NCBI RefSeq assembly: GCF_963921235.1
Contig: NC_086108.1
Span: 68,512,001-68,576,000 of the forward strand
Source of the DNA: Mobula hypostoma
Lineage: Eukaryota
Direction: 5' to 3'
Length of the DNA: 64,000 nucleotides
The notes beneath the pieces are model-generated. The model saw nothing but the letters and a program-made list of their open reading frames with translations, did not search any database and was not told where the DNA came from. Shown here in pieces: positions 52,601 through 64,000 of the stretch (the first letter of the stretch is position 1; every line of letters starts with the position of its first letter). Both the position numbers and the translations under genes were made by a program.

Positions 52601-55600
52601 GCGAAGAAATTTTTTTAGTCAGAGGGTAATGAATCTATGGAATTTGTTGCCATGGGCAGCAGTGGAGGCCAAGTCATTGGGTGTATTTAAGGCAGAGATT
52701 GATAGGTATCTGAGTAGCCAGGGCATCAAAGGTTATGGTGAGAAGGCGGGGGAGTGGGACTAAATGGGAGAATGGATCAGCTCATGATAAAATGGCGGAG
52801 CAGACTCGATGGGCCAAATGGCTGACTTCTGCTCCTTTGTCTTATGGTCTTATGGTCTTATGAACAATATGGAGGAGCAAAAGAAAGCCCCTACTCTTCT
52901 TAGTTTAATTGGTGCAAGGATGTACAGTCTCTTATGCAACCTAGTAACCCCTGAAAAACCAGCAAGTAAGACGTTCGATGAAATTGTTACACTTTCAGAA
53001 AATCACTTGAGCCCTAAACTGCTGGCAATAGCTGAGAAATTTGGATTTTACAAAAGGAACCAGTCAAAAGATGAAAGCATTTCTGAATACATTGCAGAAC
53101 TGTGCAAACTTTCCCAGTGCTGTGACTTTAGAGATGGACTTTCTAATGCATTAAGGGACAGTGTTGAATGTGGCATGCATAATCAAGGCACTCAAAAGGA
53201 GGCTATTGTCTGAAAGAATGGGCATTGACCATTGCAATATCACTAGAGACTGCAGCAAAGGATGCAGCACAACTACAAAAAAGGTTAGAAATGTGAAATG
53301 CACAAAATGTCCCTGAATGGTGCAAAAAGCCAAAAATGTTATGGATGTGGCAAACCCTCCCATGATGACAATGACTGTTGGTTCAAGGAAAAAGAGTGCA
53401 GAAAGTGTCACAGACAAGGTCACATAGAGAGAATGTGCAAGTCAGACAAAAAGCACAACCAAAGATAAAAAACTACGCAAAGTGAAGTTTCACACACAAA
53501 ACTAAGTAAATGCATACAATTATCGAGTGTAAAACAGAATCAGACAATATACAGCCTGACAAAGGAGAATTATCATGCCTAGAACTGCATAGCATAACTG
53601 AAGCATATCACAAAATCATTTGGATCACAAAAGATGTGTCCGGTGTAAAACTGAAAATGGAGCTGGATACAGGGCCAGCTTTGTCCATAATTCCAGAGAC
53701 TGACTACAACAGACTGTTTTCTAAGATACCATTAGAGAAGACCTCAGTGATGCTAAAGACATATATAGGCAAAAAAGTGTCTCCCAAAGGTGAACTAAAA
53801 GCAAGTGTGACGTATGGAGGCCAAACATAACAGTTAGAGCTTTATGTATTAAAAAGTGGAGGTCCAGTACTTTTTGGGCATGAATGGCTGAGAAAAATCC
53901 AACAGGACTGGCATTCAATCAATGCTCTCAGGGTGACGTCAACGGACAATGGCAGCCCAAATGGTAGCACTAACCAGAGACTGGCACTGCTGTTTAATAC
54001 TAATGGGAAGGTATTTGAGAAGGGGAATGGTAAACTCAAAGACATGAAAGCCAGAATTGAACAGGATGAAACAGCAACACCAAGATTCCATAAAGTGTGC
54101 CCAGTGCCTTATGCACTATGTCCTAAAGTGGATGCCAAACTGCAGAGCTTGGACTTGTCTGGAGTTCTCTCCAAGTTTGAGTGGAGCAATTGGACCATGC
54201 CCATGGTCCCAGTAATCAAGAAAGGGAAGGCTGCAGCTTTTGCATATGTGGAGATTTCAAAGTGAGCATCAACCCAGTGCTGCATACTGTGGGGTATCCC
54301 ATGCCAGGAATAGAAGACACTTTTGCATCTTTAGCAGGCGGAGAGTGGTTTTCAAAGATTGACTTGTCACAAGCCTATCTGCAAATGGAGATTGAGGAGT
54401 CAAGCAGGAAGTTCCTTATAATCAACACTCACAAGGGACTGTTCCAGTATAATCATCCCGTCTTTGGCATTGCATCATCTCCAGCAATTTGATAAAGAGC
54501 AATTGACCAGGTGCTCCAAGATATCCCAGGAACACAATGTTACCTTGATGATAACATCATGACTAGCAAAAATGATGAAGAACATCTCCAGAACCTTGGT
54601 AAAGTGCTTACCAGGTTGAGTGAGTCTTATAGTCTGCATGCAAAGAAAGAGAAATGTGAGTTTTTTCAGAATGAAATCTCATATTGTGGACATGTCATTG
54701 ACAAGCATGGCTTACATAAGTCACAAGAGAAGACTGAAGTAGTGCCACAGGTAACCAAACCATAAAATGTGTCACAACTCAGGTCAAATTTGGGCCTTGT
54801 ATACTACTACCTCTGGTTTCTCCCAAACATTGTCTCGGTACTGCACCCATTGAATGCACTGTTACAGACAGGAGCAAAGTGGGAATGATCAGAAAGATGT
54901 GAAAAGCATTCGAGGAAATAAGGAGACTAATAACATCTGATAAACTGCTCACTCATTATGACCCATCTCTGTCCATCAGACTGGCATGCGATGCATTCCC
55001 TTATGGCATTAGAACTGTTTTGTCACACATTATGAAAGATGGATCTGAATGCCTGATTGTGTTTGCTTCAAGATCACTGACGAGAACAGATCGATGGAGA
55101 GGCCCTTAGTCTTGTATGGGCAATAAAGAAGTTCTGCCATTACCTCAATGGACAGAAGTTTACACCAGTGACAGATCACCAGCTTCTTGTGTCCATTTCC
55201 AATCCCAGGGTGGGAATTCCAGTGATGGCTGCTACAACATTGCGCTCTATTCCTAGGAGCCAACTTGTATGACATAGAGTTCAAGGGTACCAAACAACAC
55301 AACCATGCTGATGGCTTGTCATATCTTCCACTATTGGCAACTGAAGAAAGATCTTCATACTGTGACCCAGCAGAAGTGCTCCACACAGCAATGGTGAACC
55401 AGTTGCTGGTAACAAATTCCGAAATACAAAGGGAAACAAGGACTGAACCGACATTGTCAAAAGTCTATGAAATCACCGTTTAAGGATGGGCAGCTCATGG
55501 TAACCCTATGTTTTCAGAGTTCGCAGAGACAACTGTTGGTATGTCTAAGAACGCTGATATGTGGATCTCGTTTTGTGGTCCCCTCTAACCTGTGCACCAG

Positions 55601-56988
55601 AGTGTTAGAAAATCTGCATGAACATATCTTGTACAGTCAAGATGAAGTGTCTTGCCCAAAGCTACAGTGGTGGCCAGGAATAGATAAACAGATTGAAAAC
55701 TTGGCCAAAAGCCATTCAGGATACCAAAAAGTTCAAAGTGCACTCCTACAGGCACCATTACACCCACGGAGAGTGGGTATCGTCACCATGGCAACGAGTA
55801 CAGATTCACTTTGCTGGGCCATTCATAGACTCCATGTTTCTGATTGCTGTGGATGCTCATTCAAAGCACCTGGAGGTTTTAACAATGAAGTCAACCACCT
55901 CAGTAAAGACTGTTTCCGCTCTGAGGACCATCTTCACTAGAAACAGCTTGCCTGAACAAATTGTGAGTGACAATGGACCACAATACATATTAGAAGAATT
56001 CCAACTGTTCATGAAGAAAAATGGCATCAGACATTTCAAGTCAGCTCCTCGCCACCCAGCAATGAATGGGTTAGCTGAAAGGTTTATCCAAACTTTCACA
56101 AAGTCCATTAAAGTGATGGACAAGGAGGACATTTCTCTACAGCACAATGTGGACAACTTCCTTATTGTGTATCAGAGCTCTGTCTGTGCAACAACAAATC
56201 AAACACCTGCAATGCAGTTCGTGAGCAGGAATCTGAGATCTCGCAGAGATCTTCTGAAACCAGACCCCCGGAGAGAAGTACAAAATAAACAGTAAGCCAG
56301 TTGCTAAGTGAAACACAAAGAGCTTCAAAATTGGAAAGGAAGTCCTAACGCTTGACTACTGAGAAGACAAGTGGACACCCAGTAGGATAGCTACAAAAAC
56401 TGAGCTACTGATGTACACAGTGGATGTTGGAGATCAGTTATGGAGATGTCATGCAGACCAGATACTGAATACTCAATGAAGAACACACTTGAGTTGATTG
56501 CATCCAACAAGACAGACACATTACAGTCACCAGATTTAACTCCCAGTGATGATGTCACTGACAACTACGTGACACCAGAAAGCGAGCACATTGTCTTAGA
56601 CAAGGCACCTACCTAACCTGATGCCACTCCACAGGTCCAGAGGCGCTATCCTGAAAGAAACAGGGCACCATCCAAAAGACCGAATCTTTAGAATTGTGAA
56701 GTTAGCTATGGGACTGTTATTGTGAAAGCATGTTTATTTGGAATATGGGTTTATGAAAGGGAAATGGAATGTGTTTCACATATACAGTTTTATGTTGCGT
56801 TAATCTAAAGGGTGAGGAAGTGTAATGTATGGATCTACTTCTTTTAGAGCCATAACCACCCCCCGCAATCTATTGTCTACACATGCACATTGTTCTCCCC
56901 CTCTCTGCAATGTGAATACACCAGTTAAATCCACCTCCGGTGTGCGTGTTTTTAATTAATATATATGTGGTTGTGCACAGACACAACA
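49682..56988 (+). mobile_element. Structurally complete but decayed Gypsy (Mag/K02A2.6-like) element with both LTRs
   Basis: LTRs 49682-49866 and 56821-56988 (TGTAATGTATGGAT...); 5-bp TSD gtcaa/gtcag; PPT aaagggtgaggaag; protease MELDTGPALSII, RT YLDD, IN IVSDNGPQY...NGLAERF. Confidence 0.95.
50141..52862 (+). mobile_element. Young CR1 nested in Gypsy gag; 788-codon open ORF2 segment
   Basis: ORF 50397-52763 with GSDHN, RT motifs and KFADD; APE YRPP upstream with frameshifts; (tatggtct)n tail. Confidence 0.97.
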
Positions 56989-57107
56989 GTCAGCATGGCT
57001 TTGTGTGTGGTAGGTTGTGTCTGACTAATCTTACAGAGATTTTCAAACAGGTTACCAGGAAAGTTGATGATGCAAAGGCAGTCTTAGTGAATCTTAGAAT
57101 GGCCTTT

Positions 57108-57313
57108 CTTTTCTTTCTTTCTTTCTTTTTAAATCTTTTTATTAAATAAGTATACAAAAAGGTAAGCCATATAGACACTAATACACTGTTAGAATATAAT
57201 AAAATTACAGAAGATATTAATACAAAAAAAAATACTACAAACAATGTAATTTAAACATAACATACCAAGGTAACATAATAGTATAGTAATTTATATATAT
57301 ATATCAATAGAGA
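57108..57313 (-). mobile_element. 5'-truncated L1/Tx1-like 3' end
   Basis: Perfect 12-bp TSD agaatggccttt (57096-57107 / 57314-57325); minus-strand AATAAA then (gaaa)n A-rich tail. Confidence 0.75.
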
Positions 57314-57999
57314 AGAATGGCCTTTGAAAAAATGCCACATGGGAGACTGGTACAGAAAGGTCAATTATTTAGAATTCAGGATGAAGGAGTAAATTAGATT
57401 CAACATCAGCTTCATGAGAGAAGATAGAGTGTGGCAGTAGATGGATACCTCCCTGAATGGAGGACTGTGACTCGTGGTGTGCTGCACAGACCAGTGCTGA
57501 GTCTGTAGTTCTTCATCTGTATTAATGATGTAAATGATAATGTGGTAAATTGGATCAGCAAATTTGCAAATGACACTAAGATTGGGTGCATAGTAGACAG
57601 CGATGAAGACTATCAAAGCCTGCAGCAGGATTGGGACCAGCTGAAAAATGGCAGATGAAATTTAAAGCAGGTTAGTATGAACCACAGTAGAACTTACACA
57701 GTGAATGATAGGGCACTGAGGAGTGCGGTATAACAGAAGGATCTGGGAATACAGAATTTCTTGTAGGTGGCATCTCAGGAAGAAGGAGTTGCTAAGGGAG
57801 CTTTCAGATTATTGAGTACAGAAGTTGGATGTAATGTTAAGGTTATGTAAGATGTTGGTGAGACCAAATTTTGAGTATTTTGTGCAGTTCTGGTCACTAA
57901 CCAACAGGAAATATATCAATAAGATTGAAAGATTACAGAGAAAATTTACAATGGTTTGAGGACCTGAGTTATAGTGTTCAGTAAGTTATTAGGACTTTA

Positions 58000-60900
58000 C
58001 ACACACACAGTATGCTATAAAATGCAATCATTAAATGGACATCCACAGCACAGTGAAGTTGAAATTGTCCCATTCAAGCCTGTGGAGGATGTATTAACCT
58101 TGTGGGATAATGTCCTTCCTGACAAGAGCAGTCACTCTGCTTTGCAGGTGAGACTTCTGGCTGTGAAACAATCTCATGTTGTAGGGCCTCCTCCGTGGTG
58201 GTTGTCTGGGAATGCAGAAAGTGTTTCTGACAGCTCTAGACACATTTCTTCTCTAACAATTAACCCTGCTTTCCTCTACTGATCAATGTGTCATCTTCAG
58301 ATGACACCGGACACAATCTCCACTGTGTAGGAGAGTGGTCCAGTTCTGTCCGTAATCTTTCCAAGTACCCAGTCCCTCGCCAGGGCTGCTTGTCCAGGAG
58401 TGAAACATCTCACTTCCTTGTTTGCGGTGCCCTCAATTTATCTCAGCTGTTTGTCCTACATACTCCTTCTGAGATTGGGTTTGAGGAGATCCAATTATGA
58501 GCACAAGGGATGACTCAGGCACAAGATAGCTGTTGAGGTGTTGGCTGTGGAGTGTGCCGCAATGCAATATGCAAGGAGGAAATTGGCGAGCTTCAGATTC
58601 ACAGTATTGTGTTCTGCTGACATTGTTCACAGTGCGTTCTTTAGACTTTGGACAAACTTTTCCACCAAGACATTTGTAGCTGAGTGGTATGGTGCAGGAG
58701 TAATATGTCTTATTCTTTTCCTTTTCAGGAATGGCTGAAATTGATCTGTAACAAACTGTGATCCACTGTCACTGACTGAATGTTCTGGAGAACCAGTCCT
58801 TGAGCAGAGGCTTCTCAACTCACCAACAATAATGGAGGTTATTGGGAACACTTCTGGCCACTTTGTAGCTGCATTCACTACCACCAAGAAATTTGTGACC
58901 ATTAATGGTCCAGCAAAATCCACATGAATCATCAAACAGTGTATGTCAATCTGCTCGATCTGCCGATCTATCCCAGGCCATCAGACTTAGCTTCAAGCCA
59001 ATGCTTATATTTTTACCATGCCTAGATGACCTGGGGGCTCCTCCAACACTTTAGCTCTCAGCTTGGATGGTACAACGCTCAAATTCCACATAAGGCAACA
59101 TCCATCAAGTGCAAGTTTATCCCAGAACTGGTAGAAATGGCGAACTGGAATTTCTGCTGCACATTCCAGTCATTTTGGGTTGCCATGTAGATCTGAGATA
59201 GTGTGGGATCTTTTCTGGTTTTTGTTTGGATCAGCTCTGCTGTAATAGAGAGACTTACAATTTGCATAAGGGAGATTACATCATGAGGCATGTGCTCTTT
59301 TGTAAAATTTCCAGGTATTTCCTTTTCCAAAGATAAAAAGGACAATCCATTAGCATTCCCGTGATTGGTTGTCCTCTTGAATTTGACCTTGTACCTGTGC
59401 CCTCCAAAAAACAGTCCTGCTGCTGCTGTTAGTGGAACACCCTTCTGTGGAGTGAAAATGGACACTAGTGGTTGATGATCAGTAATGAGGGTAAACTCTT
59501 TCCCACACAGGTACTGGTTAAAATGCTTAACACCCCAAACCAGACTAAAGCCCTTTCTGTCAATCTGTGCATGACTTTTCTCCAAGAGAAAATGATGCAA
59601 AGGCTATGGGGCATTCACTTCCATCACTCATAATATGTGACATGACTGCACCTATCCCATACGGCAAAATACTTCACTGGATAATGTGGAACATAATGTG
59701 TGGGTACAGTGTCCGATGTCACAATTTCCTTTAACTTCTTGAAGTCCTCCTCACATTGCTTTGTCTGTTGCCATTTCTTCCCGGTCTGTAGGAATGAGTT
59801 CAAGTGGTGAAGGGCAGTTGCCAGGTCTGGCAGGAACCTGGTGTAGTAATTGAAAAATCCTTAAAACGACAGCAACTGGAACACATCCTTTGGCCTTGGG
59901 GCACCCACCACTGCTTGAATTTTCTCAGCGCTCTTGTGTAATGCTCGTGCGTCAATGTTATGACCATTGGTAACGATGTACCAGAGTGGTGAATCTGTGG
60001 AATTCTTTGCCACAAACAGCTGTGGAGGCCAAATCTTAATGTACATGCAAGGCAGAGGTTGATAGATTCTTGATTGCTTATGCCATGAAGGGATAAGGGG
60101 AGAAGGCAGGAGATTGGGGCTGAGAGGAAAATTGGTTCAGCCGTGATAAAATAGTGGAGCAGACATGGTGGACTAAATGGCCTAAACTTGCTCCTAATGT
60201 CTTTTGGTCTTATGGTCTAAGTCAAGTCAAGTCACTTTTTATTGACATTTCGACCATAACTGCTGGTACAGTACACAGTAAAAACAAGGCGTTTTTCAGG
60301 ACCATGGTGCTACATGAAACAATACAAAAACTACACTAGACTACAGACCTATCCAGGACTGCATAAAGTGCTCAAAACAGTGCAGGCATTACAATAAATA
60401 ATAAACAAATACAATAAGCACAGTAGAGGGCAGTAGGTTGGTGTCAATTCAGGCTCTGGGTATTGAGGAGTCTGATGGCTTGGGGGAAGAAACTGTTACA
60501 TAGTCTGGTCGTGAGAGCCCGAATGCTTGGGTGCCTTTTGCCAGATGGCAGGAGGGAGAAGAGTTTGTATGAGGGGTGCATGGGGTCCTTCATAATGCTG
60601 TTTGCTTTGCGGATGCAGTATGTGGTGTCTATGTCTGTAATGGCGGGAAGAGAGACTCTGATGATCTTCTCAGCTGACCTCACTATCTGCTGCAGGGTCT
60701 TGCGATCCCAGAAGGTGCAATTTCCGAACCAGGCAGTGATGCAGCTGCACAGGATGCTCTCAATACAACCTCTGTAGAATGTGGTGAGGATGGGGGGTGG
60801 GAGATGGACTTTTCTCAGCCTTTGCAGAAAATAGAGACGCTGCTGGGCTTTCTTTGTTATGGAGCTGGTGTTGAGGGACCAGGTGAGATTCTCCGCCAGG

Positions 60901-61945
60901 TGAACACCAAGAAATTTGATGCTCTTAACAATCTCTACAGAGGAGTCGTCGATGTTCAGCGGAGAGTGGTCGCTCCGTGTCCTCCTGAAGTCAACAACCA
61001 TCTCTTTTGTTTTGTTCACTTTCAGAGACAGGTTGTTGGCTCTCCACCAGTGATGCTTGGTTCAAAGAATTCAGACTTGCATCGTGCTCTGAGCCCATAA
61101 TCAGCTAATTATTTTAACACTGTCTTGAGATTTTGGAAATGTTCCTTGTCATCCCCACCAATAACAATGGTGTCATCCAGGTAACGCTGAGGGCCTGGAC
61201 AGTCTTACAGCACTTGGCCCATAGCCTTCTGCTGGAGTGCAGGTGCAAACAAAAGGCCTATTATAGCGAAAAAGCACTTTGTGAGTATTTATGGTGAGAA
61301 ACACTTTGTAATCTTCTTCCATCTCCATCTGTAGGTAGGCCTCAATTAAGTCCACTTTGCTGAAAGGGTTCTCTTCAGAAGGGTTTGCAAAGAAGTCCTC
61401 TTATCCTGGGCAGAGAGTATTGATCTACTTTCAGTACTGGGTTGATGGTGACTTTAAAATCACCACAGGTCCTGACACACCCAACCTTCTTGGCTATTGG
61501 GACCACTGGCATTACCCATGGGCTCCATTCAACCTTGGAAAGAATTCTTTCAGCCTCCAACCGATCTAGCTCACTGACTACTTCATCACTTGGTATAAAG
61601 AACCAGGTGAGCTTTGTAAAACTTGGGTGTGGTATTTTCATTTAACACTATTTTACCCTCACAGGTTTGAGTTTTCCAAAGCCATCCTTGATCACTGCTA
61701 AGGCATCATCCATTACTATTCTTAATTCGCTTTTAGTTGATTCTGTTGCAGGTGATGTGACATACAAATAGTGGATGAATTTCCAATCAAGTTGTAGTTG
61801 TCTCAGGCAATCACAGCCCCACAAAGCTGACCTTTCTGTATTTACCACAGTCAAGCCTATTGCGGCTTGTTGGTTGTTGTATTTCACTACTACGAATATC
61901 ATTCCCACAGGTGTTATCCTTTTGTCAGTATAGCTTCTTAGTTTG
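58000..61945 (-). mobile_element. Degenerate Gypsy pol (PR tail, RT, RH, IN), same family as 1340-4794, interrupted at ~59985-61050
   Basis: CGDFKVTINPVL, YLDD (~61172), LITDHQPLV, IHVDFAGP, ATKWPEVFPI; 3' UTR ggacaatttcaacttcactgtgctgtggatgtc matches ~4418-4450. Confidence 0.9.
60219..61050 (-). mobile_element. Rex1/Babar-like LINE 3' fragment, next to a plus-strand CR1 3' end (~59985-60219)
   Basis: ORF 60444-61019 KTKEMVVDFRR...KFLGVHL...KKAQQRLYFL; (gactt)n tail. Confidence 0.9.
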
Positions 61946-63900
61946 AGGATTGAATATTAGATCTCCTATTAGGAAACGAGTTAGGACAGGTGACGGAAGT
62001 GTGTGTAGGGGAACACTTTGGTTCCAGTGATCATAACACCATTAGTTTCAACTTGATCATGGATAAAGATAGATCTGGTCCTTGGGTTGAGGTTCTAAAC
62101 AGGAAAAAGGCCAAAATTGAAGAAATGAGAAAGGATCTAGAAAGTGTGGATTGGGACAGGTTGTTCTCTGGCAAGAATGTGATTGGTAAGTAGGAGGCCT
62201 TCAAAGGAGAAATTTTGAGAGTGCAGAGTTTGTATGTTCCTGTCAGGATTAAAGGCAAAGTGAATAAGAATAAGGAACCTTGGTTCTCAAGGGATATTGG
62301 AACTCTGATAAAGAAGAAGAAAGAGATGTATGACATGTATAAGAAACAGGGAGCAAATAAGGTGCTTGAGGAGTATAAAAAGTGCAAAAAAATACTTAAC
62401 AAAGAAATCAGGAGGGCTAAAAGAAGACATGAGGTTGCTTTGGCAGACAAGGTGAAGGATAATCCAAAGAGCTTCTACAGGTATATTAAGAGCAAAAGGA
62501 TAGTAAGGGATAAAATTGGTCCTCTTGAAGATCAGCGTGGTCGGCTATGTATGGAATCAAAAGAAATGGGGGAGATTTTAAATAGATTTTCTGCGTCTGT
62601 ATTTACTAAGGAAACTGGTATGGAGTCAATGGAAATAAAGCAAACAAGTGGTGAGGTCATGGAACCTATACAAATTGAGGAGGAGGAGGTGCTTGCTATC
62701 TTGAGGGAAATCAGAGTAGATAAATCCCCAGGACCTGACCGGATAATCCCTTGGACTTTGAAATTGCAGGGGCCCTGGCAGATATATTTAAAATGTCAGT
62801 ATCTACGGGTGAGGTGCTGGAGGATTGGAGAGTGGCTCATGTTGTTCCGTTATTTAAAAAAGGCTCTAAAAGTAATCCGGGAAATTATAGGCCAGTAAAT
62901 TTGACGGCAGTAGTAGATAAATTATTGCAAGGCGTACTGAGAGATAAGATCTACAGGTATTTGGATAGACAGGGACTTATTAGGGAGAGTCAACGTGGCT
63001 TTGTGTGTGATAGGTCATGTTTGACCAATCTATTGGAGTTTTTCGAGGAGGTTACCAGGAAAGTGGATGAAGGGAAGGCAGTGGATATTGTCTACATGGA
63101 CTTCAGTAAGGCCTTTGACAAGGTTCCGCATGGGAGGTTAGTTAGGAAAATTCATTCGCTAGGTATACATGGAGAGGTGGTAAATTGGATTAGACATTGG
63201 CTCAATGGAAGAAGCCAAAGAGTGATAGTAGAGAATTGCTTCTCCGAGTGGAGGCCTGTGACTAGTGGTATGCCACAGGGATCAGTGCTGGGTCCATTGT
63301 TATTTGTCATCTATATCAATGATCTGGATGATAATGTGGTAAATTGGATCAGCAAATTTGCTGATGATACAAAGATTAGAGGTGTAGTAGACAGTGAGGA
63401 AGGTTTTCAGAGCCTGCAGAGGGACTTGGACCAGCTGGAAAAATGGGCTGAAAAATGGCAGATGGAGTTTAATACAGACAAGTGTGAGGTATTGCACGTT
63501 GGAAGGACAAACCAAGGTAGAACATACAGGGTAAATGGTAAGGCACTGAAAAATGCAGTAGAACAGAGGTATCTGGGAATACAGATACAAAATACCCTAA
63601 AAGTGGCATCACAGGTACATAGGGTCGTAAAGAGAGTTTTTGGTACATTGGCCTTTACACAATACTCCAAATTCGGCCTCACTAATGCCTTATACAACCT
63701 CACCATAACATTCCAACTCTTATACTCAATACTTTGATTTTTGGTCACCAAATTACAGTAAGGATATTAATAAGGTTGAAAGAGTGCAGAGAAGGTTTAC
63801 AAGGATGTTGCCGGGACTTAAGAAACTGAGTTACAGAGAAAGGTTGAATAGGTTAGGACTTTATTCCCTGGAGCGTAGAAGAATGAGGGAAGATTTGATC
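61945..63900 (+). mobile_element. CR1 ORF2 (APE end + RT), degenerate, with an internal micro-inversion
   Basis: GSSDHN, KSPGPD, YMDFSKAFDKV, KFADD in ORFs 61990-63737. Confidence 0.95.
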
Positions 63901-64000
63901 AGTCAATCGGTGGGTGCTGTCCCGAATCCAGGGTTGGTGGCTGTACACCTCCATCTTCTTTGATCTTGCGACTGCACTGAGTACAGCCTCTCCTCCAGTT

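Larger units (their letters stand above)
48700..57980 (+). mobile_element. Old CR1 RT region acting as host to nested insertions (CR1 parts ~48700-49026, 49639-49681, 56989-57107, 57314-57980)
   Basis: CR1 LIRDS|QHGFV reading is split at 49681/56989. Confidence 0.85.

Overview
Eukaryotic, AT-rich, repeat-dominated vertebrate DNA. The CR1/Penelope/Rex1/Gypsy family mix suggests a cartilaginous fish, probably a ray (inference). I could not identify an intact host gene. The window is a stack of mostly decayed, often nested transposable elements: many CR1 LINEs (two with long open ORF2), Penelope-like elements with minimal hammerhead-ribozyme motifs, Rex1-like and RTE-like LINEs, three Mag/K02A2.6-type Gypsy elements, a chromodomain Gypsy tandem, three solo LTRs, a mariner-type MITE and a tRNA-derived SINE. 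Standout signal: an intronless, poly(A)-less retrocopy of a calcineurin regulator mRNA (RCAN/DSCR1 family, most like RCAN1) lies in sense orientation inside a Gypsy element at about 2229-3278, exactly where PR-RT-RNaseH should be, i.e. an apparent LTR-retrotransposon capture of a host mRNA. Second signal: a 36-nt type I hammerhead motif recurs about nine times, heads a 96-bp mini-insertion with a 13-bp TSD, and is tied to locally duplicated chimeric junctions. All calls are by eye; boundaries of degenerate elements are approximate.
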